Shown in pieces: positions 20,210 through 29,413 of a DNA stretch of 64,000 bases (positions are counted from its first letter, which is position 1; each line of letters starts with the position of its first letter). The translations under genes were made by a program, and so were the position numbers. The notes below the pieces were generated by a model that worked only from the letters and a program-made list of their open reading frames with translations, was not told the origin of the DNA and made no database searches. This DNA comes from Candidatus Kerfeldbacteria bacterium (lineage in GTDB: Bacteria; Patescibacteriota; Patescibacteriia; SBBC01): assembly GCA_016207275.1 (NCBI GenBank), contig JACQPY010000017.1:2479-66478 (forward strand), given 5' to 3'.

Positions 20210-21080
20210 ACCGCTGCCGCTAACCGAACGATCCTTCCGCTCACGGCCGCCGAATTGGTGCCCGGGCTGCGGGGATTTTGGCATTTGGACCGCGCTCAAG
20301 CGGGCGTTGGTGACGTTGCAGCTCAAACCAGATCAATTGACTATCGTCTTTGGTATCGGCTGCTCCGGCAACATGGTTAACGTTGTGCGAGCCTACGGTT
20401 TTCACGGCCTGCATGGCCGAACGCTACCGGTGGCCGAGGGCATTCGTTTGGCCAACCACAAGTTGCCGGTTATCGTTGTTGGCGGTGACGGCGATGGATT
20501 AGGTGAAGGCATCGGCCACTTTATCCACGCTATTCGGGCCAACCCGAACGTCACCTACATTCTGCACGACAACCAAGTCTACGGCTTGACCAAGGGTGAG
20601 CACAGTCCGACCGCGCCGAAAGGGTTTGTCAGTACCACCGCACCAACCGGCGTGATTGAAGAACCAGTCAACCCGATCGGCTTAGCCTTAGCCGCCGGCG
20701 CTTCGTTCGTCAGCCGCGGTTTTGCCGGCGATCTCGATAGCCTGGAGACGTTGCTGGTCGCCGCCATCCGGCATCAAGGGTTGGCCCTGGTTGACGTGCT
20801 GCAGCCATGTGTGACCTTCAACCATCACAACACGTACCTGTGGTACTATCAACGGGTCTACCAGCTGAGCAACGTCCAGCACGACCCGAGTAAGCTCGAC
20901 CTGGCGTGGCGTCGAGCTCAGGAACCAATGGACGAAAAAATCCCGGTCGGCATTTTTTTCCAAACGAAGCGGCCGACACTCGAATCACAGTTGCCGCCGT
21001 TGCAAGGCGGCCGGACGCTGCTTGAGCAGCAGCCGGTCAGGCCAGTCGATATTTCCGCAGTGGTGGCCCAGTACCAGTAG
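20202..21080 (+). CDS. 2-oxoacid:ferredoxin oxidoreductase beta subunit
   Basis: WCPGCGD, GIGCS, GGDGD...N TPP motif, QPCVTF; start reset to ATG 20202. Confidence 0.93.
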   Translation: MPKPLPLTERSFRSRPPNWCPGCGDFGIWTALKRALVTLQLKPDQLTIVFGIGCSGNMVNVVRAYGFHGLHGRTLPVAEGIRLANHKLPVIVVGGDGDGLGEGIGHFIHAIRANPNVTYILHDNQVYGLTKGEHSPTAPKGFVSTTAPTGVIEEPVNPIGLALAAGASFVSRGFAGDLDSLETLLVAAIRHQGLALVDVLQPCVTFNHHNTYLWYYQRVYQLSNVQHDPSKLDLAWRRAQEPMDEKIPVGIFFQTKRPTLESQLPPLQGGRTLLEQQPVRPVDISAVVAQYQ

Positions 21081-21087
21081 GTTGTCC

Positions 21088-22815
21088 ATGGCCAAGCGTT
21101 GGATGGTGCAACCGAAAGCCCCGGCGGACGTTAGCCAGAAGTTTCCGGAGATCGACCCGATCCTGCGGCAGCTACTATTTGCCCGCGGCTTAACGACCCA
21201 GGCGGCCATTGATGCCTTTTTAAAACCCGACTACTCGCGGGACGTACACGATCCCTTCCGTTTTCACGACATGCATCGAGCCGTCGAGCGGATTGCCCGC
21301 GCCTTGCAAACGAAGGAGCGGATCGTCATCTACGGCGACTACGACGCCGACGGTGTCTGCGCCAGCGCGGTGTTGACCGAGACCCTCACGGCGCTGGGAG
21401 CGAACCTTGACGTCTACATTCCGTTTCGGGAAACGGAGGGCTATGGTTTGAACGTGGCGGCGGTGGAGGAATTGGCTGAGCAGCAAACGTCTTTGATTAT
21501 GACGGTTGACTGTGGCACGTCGAATGCCGCCGAAGTCGCTCGGGCAAACGAGCTGGGCCTTGACGTCATTATCACTGATCACCACGACCAGCCCCCAACG
21601 TTGCCGCCGGCGTACGCCATCGTTAACCCTGAGCTGACCGCCGAGACCTACCCCTACCGACACCTGGCCGCCGCTGGCGTGGCCTTTAAGGTGGCTACGG
21701 CGCTGCTGCAGCACACCCGCTACGGCGCCAGTCTCGGCCGCTCGCCGCTGCCAACCGGCTGGGAAAAGTGGCTGCTCGACTTGGTGGCCATCTCGACCGT
21801 CACCGATATGGTGCCGCTCCTGGACGAGAATCGTATCTTCGTTCGCTTTGGCCTCGGCGTGCTGCGCAAGACTCGGCGGCTCGGCCTGCGCGAGCTGTTC
21901 GCCACGATGCGCACGCCGCTTGAGCGCGCCGATGAAGAAACGTTGGCTTTTCAGCTCGGCCCGCGTTTGAACGCAGCCGGCCGGATGAACCACGCTTCGA
22001 CCGCCTACCGGTTACTGGTGACGACCGATTCGGGTGAAGCAAAACAGTTGGCCACTGAGCTATCACAGGCTAACCAGGAACGGCAGCGCCTCACCGAAGT
22101 CATCGTGCAGGAGGCGCAGGCCGCACTCGGGAAGGACCCGCGCGAACAGTTACTGTGCGCCCGGGGAGTGGCCTGGCCCGTCGGCCTGCTCGGCCTAGTC
22201 GCTTCGAAGTTGGTCGAGTCGCACCACCGACCGGCCGTGGTGATGACCGAATCCCACGGTCGGGTGGTTGGCTCTGGTCGGTCGGTTGAACCGTTCGACA
22301 TTACGGCCGCCTTAGCTGAACTGCGCGATCACCTCGATCGGTTCGGCGGGCATCCCCAGGCCTGCGGCTTCACCCTGAAATCATCAGCTGACCCGACGGC
22401 CTTCACCCACGACCTGCAAGCGTACGCCAAGCAGAAGTTGGCTGGCGCTGACCTGACCAAGGTCTTGCGGGTTGACGCCGACGTGGTGCTTGATGATATT
22501 AATTGGGAACTGGTTGCCGACGTCGAGCGGCTGGCGCCGTTCGGCGTGGCCGCCCCGCGGCCGACATTTGTCAGTCGGGGCGTGGGCGTGGTCTGGGTCA
22601 ATACGGTCGGCAAGGATGGTCAGCACCTCCGTCTGCACGTCACCCACGCGACTTCAGAAGTCCATAAGACGATCGGCTTCCGATTCGGTACCTGGGTGGA
22701 ACAGCTGCAGCCGGGCGACGCCGTCGACTTGGTTTTTGAAGTGGGCGTTAACGAATGGAACGGCAACCGCGAGATTGAACTTAAAATTGTCGACCTCGAT
22801 CATGCTCGGACGTAA
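21088..22815 (+). CDS. recJ: ssDNA-specific exonuclease RecJ
   Basis: YGDYDADG, TVDCG, TDHH, PRLNAAGR, GSGRS, FGGH. Confidence 0.96.
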   Translation: MAKRWMVQPKAPADVSQKFPEIDPILRQLLFARGLTTQAAIDAFLKPDYSRDVHDPFRFHDMHRAVERIARALQTKERIVIYGDYDADGVCASAVLTETLTALGANLDVYIPFRETEGYGLNVAAVEELAEQQTSLIMTVDCGTSNAAEVARANELGLDVIITDHHDQPPTLPPAYAIVNPELTAETYPYRHLAAAGVAFKVATALLQHTRYGASLGRSPLPTGWEKWLLDLVAISTVTDMVPLLDENRIFVRFGLGVLRKTRRLGLRELFATMRTPLERADEETLAFQLGPRLNAAGRMNHASTAYRLLVTTDSGEAKQLATELSQANQERQRLTEVIVQEAQAALGKDPREQLLCARGVAWPVGLLGLVASKLVESHHRPAVVMTESHGRVVGSGRSVEPFDITAALAELRDHLDRFGGHPQACGFTLKSSADPTAFTHDLQAYAKQKLAGADLTKVLRVDADVVLDDINWELVADVERLAPFGVAAPRPTFVSRGVGVVWVNTVGKDGQHLRLHVTHATSEVHKTIGFRFGTWVEQLQPGDAVDLVFEVGVNEWNGNREIELKIVDLDHART

Positions 22816-24286
22816 ACTGGCGCTGATTATCGTGGCCCTGGTCGGGCTCGCCATTACCGCCCTTGAGCTGGCCGCCGCTCGACTGCTGGCGCCGTTCTTC
22901 GGTAGTACGATTTTTGTCTACGGCAGCGCCATCGGCATTGTTTTGGCCGCCCTGGCCCTTGGTTACGGCCTCGGTGGACGTTACGCCGACCGCTACCCTC
23001 GGCGAGCGGTGCTGAGCAGCATTATCCTGCTGGCTGGACTGAGCGCGGCGGTAATTCCATTGCTGTATCGGCCGGTGGCCCAAGCGATCGATGCCTTTGG
23101 CGCTCCCCGTGGCGTGCCGGTCGGCCTGCTCGTGGTCGTGGCCATGACCGTGCTGTTTGCCGTCCCGGTCTTGGCGCTCGGCGCGGTCAGTCCGTTTGTC
23201 CTGCGGCTGTCACTGCGCGACCTCAGCGAGAGCGGTCGCTGGAGCGGCTTGCTGTCCGGTCTGTCGACCTTTGGCAGCATCGTGGGAACATTTCTGGCGA
23301 CGTTCGTTACCATCCCGCTCCTGGGGACGCGGTTGACGATCGTCGGTGCGGCTGCGATCTTGCTAGTGCTCGGCGTCATGCTGGCGCCATTCGGGCGGAC
23401 GGCACGACTACTACCGGTGTTTCTGTTCCTTCCCTTGGCCGCGGCCGGTTTGAGCGGACCATTTTTGTCCCGACCAGGCCTGGCCTGGGAGCGCGAATCA
23501 CCATACCAGCTGGTTCAGGTCTTACACTATCGTGACGCGACCTATTTGGTGACTGACGCGGCCGACGGCATCCAGTCAGTCTACCGCGCCGCCTCAGCCT
23601 ACACCCAGACGTACTACGATAGTTTCGCGCTCTTACCATTCTTGGCTGAGGGGGAGGAGCAGCAACGGTCGGTGTTGGTTCTCGGCTTGGCCGGCGGCAG
23701 CATGGTTCGGCTCTACCAGGAAACGTTGACTGATCAATTTTCGTTCGAGACCGTCGGCGTGGAGATCGATCAACGGGTGCTCGAGGCGGCCCGCGCTCAC
23801 TTTGCGCTTGACCGACTCGATCTAACGGTCGTGGCCGATGATGCCCGACGCTACCTGGCCCGAACCGACCGCCGATTTGACGTGATCATCGTTGATGCGT
23901 ACGTCCACGAATTGCAAATCCCGCCGCTGCTGGCCACCCGTGAGTTCTTTGCCGACCTCCGTCGGCACCTCGCCCCGGGTGGCATCGTCGGGATGAACGT
24001 AGCAGTCTTGTCGGGCAGTCGTTTTTATCCAAAATTTCTTCAGACGGTAGCCGACGTGTTTCCTGATGTTCGACACGCCCCCTTCGCTGCGGGCGCGGCC
24101 AACCACTTGGTGTTAGCGGCGGAAACAGTGGCCCTCGATCGTTTGCCAAGAACGATTGCGCCGGAAATTGATCGTTTTCTAAGTCACACAGTACCGGCAC
24201 TTCGGCTAGTCGAGCGAACGGCCGAGACGGTGTATACTGACGACCGGACCGACCTCGAACTACTGATGGCCAATCCGCATGGCTGA
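22802..24286 (+). CDS. Fused membrane domain/spermidine synthase-like protein
   Basis: N-terminal TMs with LAPFFGS; VLVLGLAGG, VEID, DAR, FDVIIVDAY, YTDDR. Confidence 0.85.
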   Translation: MLGRKLALIIVALVGLAITALELAAARLLAPFFGSTIFVYGSAIGIVLAALALGYGLGGRYADRYPRRAVLSSIILLAGLSAAVIPLLYRPVAQAIDAFGAPRGVPVGLLVVVAMTVLFAVPVLALGAVSPFVLRLSLRDLSESGRWSGLLSGLSTFGSIVGTFLATFVTIPLLGTRLTIVGAAAILLVLGVMLAPFGRTARLLPVFLFLPLAAAGLSGPFLSRPGLAWERESPYQLVQVLHYRDATYLVTDAADGIQSVYRAASAYTQTYYDSFALLPFLAEGEEQQRSVLVLGLAGGSMVRLYQETLTDQFSFETVGVEIDQRVLEAARAHFALDRLDLTVVADDARRYLARTDRRFDVIIVDAYVHELQIPPLLATREFFADLRRHLAPGGIVGMNVAVLSGSRFYPKFLQTVADVFPDVRHAPFAAGAANHLVLAAETVALDRLPRTIAPEIDRFLSHTVPALRLVERTAETVYTDDRTDLELLMANPHG

Positions 24287-24692
24287 CCGACCGCTGGTCA
24301 TCTACACTGACGGTGGGGCCCGCGGTAACCCGGGACCCGGTGCCATTGGGGTGATTATCATTGATGGTGATTGTCAGATTGATTCGTTCGGCCGCGTCGT
24401 GGGCGAGCGAGTGACCAACAACCAGGCCGAGTATCTGGCCGTCGAGGCAGCACTGATCCGAGCGCGTGAGCTCGGCGGCACGCACCTGACGATCAAGCTC
24501 GATAGCGAGCTGGTGGCCAGCCAGCTCCGTCGCGAGTACAAAATAAAAGATCGCGCACTCGGAGCGATTTTTCTCCGTGTCTGGAACCTCATGCAGGGTT
24601 TTGAGAAGGTGACATTTATCACTATTCCGAGGGAGCAGAATTGGGAGGCAGACGCGAAGGTCAACGAGGCGCTGGACGCTGCCGCGAGCTGA
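24279..24692 (+). CDS. rnhA: Ribonuclease HI
   Basis: YTDGGARGNPGP, TNNQAEY, DSELV, PREQNWEAD. Confidence 0.93.
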   Translation: MADRPLVIYTDGGARGNPGPGAIGVIIIDGDCQIDSFGRVVGERVTNNQAEYLAVEAALIRARELGGTHLTIKLDSELVASQLRREYKIKDRALGAIFLRVWNLMQGFEKVTFITIPREQNWEADAKVNEALDAAAS

Positions 24693-24729
24693 TTTCGGTT
24701 CCTAACGCGCCGGTCAGGAAAAGATCCCC

Positions 24730-25332
24730 ATGGTAGATAAAGTTATATTCGACACTGACGGCCTGGTGATTCAACGGGAAATGTACTTCAGCGCACGTCT
24801 GTCGAAGGATTTTGGCGTGGCCCCAGAAAAAGTGCTGCAATTTTTTAAACATGAATTTAAGCAATGCCTGATTGGAAAGGCAGATGCAAAGGAAGAACTA
24901 AAAAAGTACGCGGCCTCATGGAATTGGACAGGCACTATCGAACAGTTACTTGAGTATTGGTTTAAGAGTGAAAGCACAATTGACCAACGAATTATCCAAA
25001 CAGTTCAGTCCCTGAGCGCCGCTGGGATTCACTGCTATCTTGATACGAATAACGAAAGGTACCGGACAGAGTATCTACGGCAAACACTCGGATTGGGGAA
25101 GGTCTTTGATGCTATTTTTTCATCAAGCCTGCTCGGGTGCGCAAAACCTGCCGTGGAATTCTGGCAGGCGATTCATAAACAGCTGGGTGAGCCGGACAAA
25201 GCGACGGTGATGGTGTGGGACGACGAAAAAGAAAGCGTGAAATCGGCCCGTGGCTTTGGATTTCAAGCAGAGCTCTACTTAGGATTTGGAGCTTTTCAAA
25301 AAGTTATGCAGTCACGCTTAGGGTTTGCCTAG
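24730..25332 (+). CDS. HAD-superfamily hydrolase
   Basis: IFDTDG, TNN, KP and WDD motifs; lower GC than its neighbours. Confidence 0.85.
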   Translation: MVDKVIFDTDGLVIQREMYFSARLSKDFGVAPEKVLQFFKHEFKQCLIGKADAKEELKKYAASWNWTGTIEQLLEYWFKSESTIDQRIIQTVQSLSAAGIHCYLDTNNERYRTEYLRQTLGLGKVFDAIFSSSLLGCAKPAVEFWQAIHKQLGEPDKATVMVWDDEKESVKSARGFGFQAELYLGFGAFQKVMQSRLGFA

Positions 25333-25427
25333 ACCGTGAAATGGGGAGAGACACATTCCCGAGAGGACATGCTCTTGGCTCTGATAACCTCCGCGAGCGC
25401 CTAATAAGAGGTGAGACGTATTGGGTC

Positions 25428-25456
25428 TTGACGAACAAGCCCCCTTTTTGTATGCT
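25428..25456 (+). promoter_or_regulatory. sigma70 promoter of rnpB
   Basis: TTGACG-17 bp-TATGCT just upstream of the RNA 5' end. Confidence 0.8.
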
Positions 25457-25462
25457 CGTTGA

Positions 25463-25980
25463 GCTCTTAGGAAGCCGGGTGATCGCCCCGGTCGTATGAC
25501 CGGGGAGGAAAGTCCGAACACCTGCCTTTACAATTCGTGAAGGTACCAAGGAGAGTCGCTAACGGCGACCGGGCGAGGTACGTGAGCATCCGTTCGCGAA
25601 TACTTACGTGTCGAAGCCTAGGGATCCACGACTGCGCAAGCGTGTCGGGACGAAGAGTGCAACAGAAACATACCGCCTCGCCTTCTTATCGGGCGGGGTA
25701 AGGGTGAAATCGTGGGGTAAGAGCCCACGCGCCGACTCGGTGACGGGAAGGCGGGGCAAACCCTCTCCGGTGCAAGATTAAATAGGTTGGTCGGGTCATT
25801 CGACCCGACTGACGGGTTGATCGCTAGAGCGTCGCAGCAATGCGTCGCCCAGAGAGATGATCACCCCTCGACTCGCCTCACTCGCTCGGGGCAGGCCCTC
25901 GCGGTTGACCGGGACTTGTCCTGAGCGAGGCCGAAGGCCGAGTCGAAGGACAGAATTCGGCTTACAGGCTTCCCGAGAGC
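25463..25980 (+). ncRNA. rnpB: RNase P RNA (type A-like) with insertions
   Basis: GAGGAAAGTCC, AGTGCAACAGAAA, GGGTGAAA, GGTAAGAG, GGCAAACC, ACAGAATTCGGCTTA; P1 pairing 25463-25476 with 25967-25980. Confidence 0.95.
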
Positions 25981-25989
25981 ACTTTGGAT

Positions 25990-27375
25990 ATGAAAAAATC
26001 AGAACTGGCGATCAGTGCGATGTTGGTTCCCCTCGACTACGCCGTCCTCATCGCCGCTGGCCTGGTTACCTACAAAATTCGTTTTTCTGCCTTTACGGGC
26101 ATTCGGGCGGTGACTGAGGTAATTCCGCTGAACGTCTACCTCAACGTGTTGCTCGTCGTGGCCGCGGTCTGGGTCGCTATTTTTGCCGTCTCCGGGCTGT
26201 ACACGATTCGGTCGACGCGGCGGGCGGCTGATGAGCTGGCGAAGATTTTCCTGGCCTGTTCGACCGGAATTTTGTTAGTCATTGTCGCGATTTTTTTCCA
26301 GCGGGAACTGTTCGCCTCGCGTTTTGTCGTTTTGGTCGGCTGGTTCGTGGCCGTCGTGTTGGTGACTATTGAACGAGCGGTGGTGCGGGTCGTCCAGCAA
26401 GCCATGTTTACCCGCGGCATCGGGGTGCATCGCGTCGTGGTGGTTGGGACCGACGAAACGACGCAGGACATTGTTAGCTTCCTCAGCACGCATCTGTCGC
26501 TCGGTTACCGCATCATCGATCGGATCGATGGCGTCACGCCAGACCTCTTTGATCGCTTAGTTGAACGGATGCGAACGACGCGAATCGACGAGATCATCCA
26601 AGCAGACCCAAATGTTCCGAAGGCCGATACCCTGAAGATGATCGATTTCTGCAACGAGCACCACATCATCTTTAAGTACGCGGCCGACCTGTTTGACACG
26701 CACTCGTCGAATGTCGAGGTCCAGGCACTGGCGGGCGTGCCGATCATTGAAATCAAGCGTACCCGACTCGACGGGTGGGGCAAGATATTGAAACGTTTGT
26801 TCGATGTGGTCGTCTCGGTTATCGGCTTGATCGTGACCTCGCCAATGCTCCTGATCGTCGGATTGTCGGTCAAGCTCGACTCGGCCGGCCCGATGGTGGT
26901 TAAGTTGGAACGAGTCGGTGAGGGCGGCAACCACTTCTGGCTGCTTAAGTTTCGTTCGATGGTTAAGAATGCCGAGGCCCTGAAGCAACAATTGCTCGAT
27001 AAGAACGAACGTGATGGACCATTATTCAAGATGAAAAACGATCCGCGGATTACTCGCCTTGGACACTTTCTTCGTCGGACGTCGCTCGATGAGTTACCGC
27101 AGCTGTGGAACGTGGTGCGCGGCGAGATGAGCCTGGTCGGTCCGCGACCGCACGAACCGGCCGAGGTGGCCCGGTACGAAAAACATCACCGTAAATTGCT
27201 TTCGATTAAGCCGGGGATTACCGGCATGGCCCAGACGTCCGGTCGCTCCGACCTGACGTTCGAGGAAGAGGTCCGATTAGATACTTTTTACATTGAGAAC
27301 TGGTCGCTCAAACTCGACCTCCAAATTCTTTTAAAGACGCCGTGGGTAGTCTTGACGATGCGGTCGGCCGTATGA
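25990..27375 (+). CDS. Polyprenyl glycosylphosphotransferase (WcaJ/WbaP-like initiating sugar transferase)
   Basis: KRLFD, KFRSM, DPRIT, SLDELPQLWNV, SLVGPRP, KPGITG. Confidence 0.95.
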   Translation: MKKSELAISAMLVPLDYAVLIAAGLVTYKIRFSAFTGIRAVTEVIPLNVYLNVLLVVAAVWVAIFAVSGLYTIRSTRRAADELAKIFLACSTGILLVIVAIFFQRELFASRFVVLVGWFVAVVLVTIERAVVRVVQQAMFTRGIGVHRVVVVGTDETTQDIVSFLSTHLSLGYRIIDRIDGVTPDLFDRLVERMRTTRIDEIIQADPNVPKADTLKMIDFCNEHHIIFKYAADLFDTHSSNVEVQALAGVPIIEIKRTRLDGWGKILKRLFDVVVSVIGLIVTSPMLLIVGLSVKLDSAGPMVVKLERVGEGGNHFWLLKFRSMVKNAEALKQQLLDKNERDGPLFKMKNDPRITRLGHFLRRTSLDELPQLWNVVRGEMSLVGPRPHEPAEVARYEKHHRKLLSIKPGITGMAQTSGRSDLTFEEEVRLDTFYIENWSLKLDLQILLKTPWVVLTMRSAV

Positions 27376-27540
27376 TCCCGTTAGAGAGAGAGCGCTATTC
27401 ATCCATAACTGGTGAAATGTTCTTATGAATACTTTGCGAGCTAACTCTCTAACGGGATGATCCCGTTAGAAAGCAACCTAATTGGAGTTTCAGTAATGTT
27501 TAACCCCACGACGCTAATTGTTGACTTTCTAACGGGATGA
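27372..27540 (+). mobile_element. Two tandem miniature inverted-repeat elements bounded by ATGA
   Basis: ATGA-tcccgttagaga...tctctaacggg-ATGA-tcccgttagaaag...ctttctaacggg-ATGA; unrelated AT-rich interiors. Confidence 0.75.
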
Positions 27541-28655
27541 GCCAACCTCGACGAATTGCCCTGGTCCACGACCATCTCGGCCAAGACGGCGGCGCCGAAC
27601 GGGTGTTGGCCGTATTGCAAGAACTCTATCCCGAGGCCCCGACCTACACCTTGGTCTACAACCCGGCGCGAGCTAATCCGGTCTTTGCCGGGCGCGATAT
27701 TCGGACGTCGTTTTTGCAGCGGTTGCCGTTCGGGTCGCGTCGCTACCAGTGGTACTTGGCCTGGATGCCCAACGCGGTTGAGCGCTTCGACCTGACCGAG
27801 TACGAGGCTGTCATCTCGAGCTCGGCGATGTTTGCCCGCGGGGTGATCACGCTACCCCAGACGTTGCACATCGATTACTGCCATACCCCGACTCGTTTCT
27901 TGTGGAGCGATACCCACCGCTACGTCGAAGAACTACGGTATCCCCGAGTTGTTCGGGCTTTGATCCCGTTTTTACTGACTCGTATTCGGCAGTGGGATCG
28001 GCTGGCCGCTGATCGGGTCGATCTTTTTTTTGCCAACTCGGTGAGCGTTCAGCGCCGAATTGAGAAGTACTACCGCCGCCCGAGCACCATTGTGCACCCA
28101 CCGGTTAACACGACCCAGTTTTCGGCGGCTGACCGCGTGGGTAACTATTTTTTGATCGGCGGCCGGCTGGTCGCGTACAAGCGTTACGACCTGGCAGTGC
28201 GGGCATTTAACCGACTCGGCATCCCGCTCAAAATTTTCGGCGTCGGTCCCGAGGAACGGCGCCTAAGCGAACTGGCCAAGCCGAACATTGAATTTCTCGG
28301 CCGGGTAACGCCCGACGAACTGAAACGTCTGTACCGCGAATGCCTGGCCTTCCTCCACCCGCAGGAGGAAGATTTCGGCATCACCGCGATCGAGGCGAAT
28401 GCCTCCGGTCGGCCAGTCATTGCCTACGCCGCCGGCGGCGCGTTGGAGACGGTGATCGATGGCCGGACCGGTATTTTCTTCCACGAACAAGAATGGGAGT
28501 CGTTGGCCGACGCCGTCATCCGTTTTCAGCCGGAACGGTTTAACGCTGCCGACATTCGGGCGCATGCCTTGACTTTCGATACCGCGCAGTTCAAGCAGCG
28601 GTTCAGTCGGGCCGTCGAGGCGGCGTGGACCGAGCACCTTCGCAAGTGGTCCTAA
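27537..28655 (+). CDS. GT4 glycosyltransferase (WbaZ-like)
   Basis: ALVHDHL..GGAERV, YCHTP, EEDFGITAIEA. Confidence 0.92.
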   Translation: MSQPRRIALVHDHLGQDGGAERVLAVLQELYPEAPTYTLVYNPARANPVFAGRDIRTSFLQRLPFGSRRYQWYLAWMPNAVERFDLTEYEAVISSSAMFARGVITLPQTLHIDYCHTPTRFLWSDTHRYVEELRYPRVVRALIPFLLTRIRQWDRLAADRVDLFFANSVSVQRRIEKYYRRPSTIVHPPVNTTQFSAADRVGNYFLIGGRLVAYKRYDLAVRAFNRLGIPLKIFGVGPEERRLSELAKPNIEFLGRVTPDELKRLYRECLAFLHPQEEDFGITAIEANASGRPVIAYAAGGALETVIDGRTGIFFHEQEWESLADAVIRFQPERFNAADIRAHALTFDTAQFKQRFSRAVEAAWTEHLRKWS

Positions 28656-28674
28656 ATCTTGTATCCTACTGACT

Positions 28675-29298
28675 ATGGAGCTACGTCAGGCCATCGACGG
28701 CTTTGCTCGTCGACAACCGCTCGGCTGGGGGATTGTGGCGGTGGTCGTGGTCGCCGCTTTCACTTGGTCGTACGCCCGACCGGTGACGTACACCAATTCA
28801 ATCTCGTTTTCCGTCAATCGGATCAATAAAGAAGCGACGACCGATTACCAGTACGATGGGTTCTACGCCTTACAGGCGGCGGACTTGTTCGCGCAGACCG
28901 TGGTCAGCTGGCTGCAAACGCCGTCGGTACTGGTTGAAATCTATGATCGGGCCGGGATCAGTTCGAACGCGGCTCCCTTGCGGACGCTAACGTCGCGATT
29001 CAAGACGAAGAAATACTCAGCCCAGAACATTGTGGTTACGTACTCGACGCCGACCGAGGAAGAGGGACAGCGGATTGCCAAAGCCTTAACTGACGTGCTG
29101 AGCGCTCGAACCGCCGCGGTCAATCGGACGGCCGCCGGCGAAGCGCTCTTCGAAGTGCCGGCCGCCAAACCAGTGGTGGTCAAAGCCACGCCTGATCCGT
29201 GGTTGGTTGGCGTGCTCGCGGTCGTCATCGGCGTGACCCTATCGATATTCCTGATCCCCCTGGTCGACTACCTGGCTCGCGCCCAACCGCGGCCGTAA
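28675..29298 (+). CDS. Wzz/chain-length-determinant-like membrane protein
   Basis: Two terminal TMs, proline-rich segment before TM2, polysaccharide-locus context. Confidence 0.55.
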   Translation: MELRQAIDGFARRQPLGWGIVAVVVVAAFTWSYARPVTYTNSISFSVNRINKEATTDYQYDGFYALQAADLFAQTVVSWLQTPSVLVEIYDRAGISSNAAPLRTLTSRFKTKKYSAQNIVVTYSTPTEEEGQRIAKALTDVLSARTAAVNRTAAGEALFEVPAAKPVVVKATPDPWLVGVLAVVIGVTLSIFLIPLVDYLARAQPRP

Positions 29299-29307
29299 GG
29301 TCGTATG

Positions 29308-29412
29308 CCCCGCAGGACAACTACTCAACAGATAACTGGCGTGACAGCGGCCGCTTGCATTCGGTGGCCGATGGTTACGTTAACCTAAGTTTCGGACGGT
29401 TGTACTACGGGG
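29308..29412. mobile_element. 105-bp miniature inverted-repeat element with TATG direct repeats
   Basis: TATG-ccccgcaggacaac...gttgtactacgggg-TATG; the second TATG supplies the ATG at 29414. Confidence 0.65.
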
Positions 29413-29413
29413 T

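Noticed and set aside
27372-27540. Mini CRISPR array (repeat-spacer appearance)
   Set aside because: Only two units, ends are inverted rather than direct repeats, interiors are ~60 bp, and there are no cas genes in the window
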